A stretch of 64,000 nucleotides of DNA, taken from the NCBI RefSeq assembly GCF_041956535.1, contig NW_027192211.1:433995-497994 (forward strand), in the 5' to 3' direction. The translations under genes were made by a program, and so were the position numbers. Each line of letters begins with the position of its first letter. Position 1 is the first letter of the stretch. Positions 63,698-64,000 of this stretch are shown piece after piece. The stretch comes from Calcarisporiella thermophila CBS 279.70. Its lineage: Eukaryota > Fungi > Calcarisporiellomycota. The notes under the pieces are model-generated. The model made no database searches. It worked only from the letters and a program-made list of their open reading frames with translations, and had not been told where the DNA came from.

Positions 63698-64000
63698 GTT
63701 TTTTTTTAAATTTGCCACGCTACTTTTTTTTCTTGTTAAATAAGAACTTTACTATCTTTCCACCTGGCGTTTATTCAATTTAATTCACTTGAGACTTAAA
63801 GAAGAAAACTCCTTTTATCTTTGATTTTATCTCTTCCCCTTGCTGAGAAAGGCTAATTCGAGTCGGCAGCGAATATGGCCACTAGTTTCCTATTGTCTGA
63901 TAGCTATGATGCTCTACGTATGTAGAAGTTTAATTTCCCGAAGTCAATGGCCCGCCCGACCTTTTCCAACCAACTTAAAGTCATTTGCAAGCTCGAAAAG

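Overview
Gene-dense, intron-containing eukaryotic DNA with short GT-AG introns. Gene content (RTG2, SFI1, Zap1/ZafA-like and Sfl1-like transcription factors alongside BORCS5-, C1orf109-, CISD3-, NSUN3/4- and UBE2O-like genes) points to an early-diverging fungus (Mucoromycota/Zoopagomycota type; inference). About 28 protein-coding genes were reconstructed by hand, mostly housekeeping. No rRNA, tRNA, CRISPR or intact transposon was seen. Most notable: (i) two adjacent micro-genes at 61.0-62.3 kb, missed by the ORF track, each encoding a 28-38 aa peptide that is essentially one zinc finger; (ii) an AT-rich island at about 19-25 kb with three co-oriented, intronless, secreted Cys-rich genes, one matching the plant Kunitz (STI) protease-inhibitor signature, plus a perfect 54-bp palindrome and a possible decayed nuclease-like relic; (iii) a tail-anchored protein with BNIP3/NIX/Atg32-like mitophagy-receptor architecture; (iv) a fungal CISD3/NEET protein with an extra putative metal-binding tail, head-to-head with an NSUN3/4-like methyltransferase. 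All family calls come from recalled motifs and sequences, not database searches, and exon boundaries are manual predictions.
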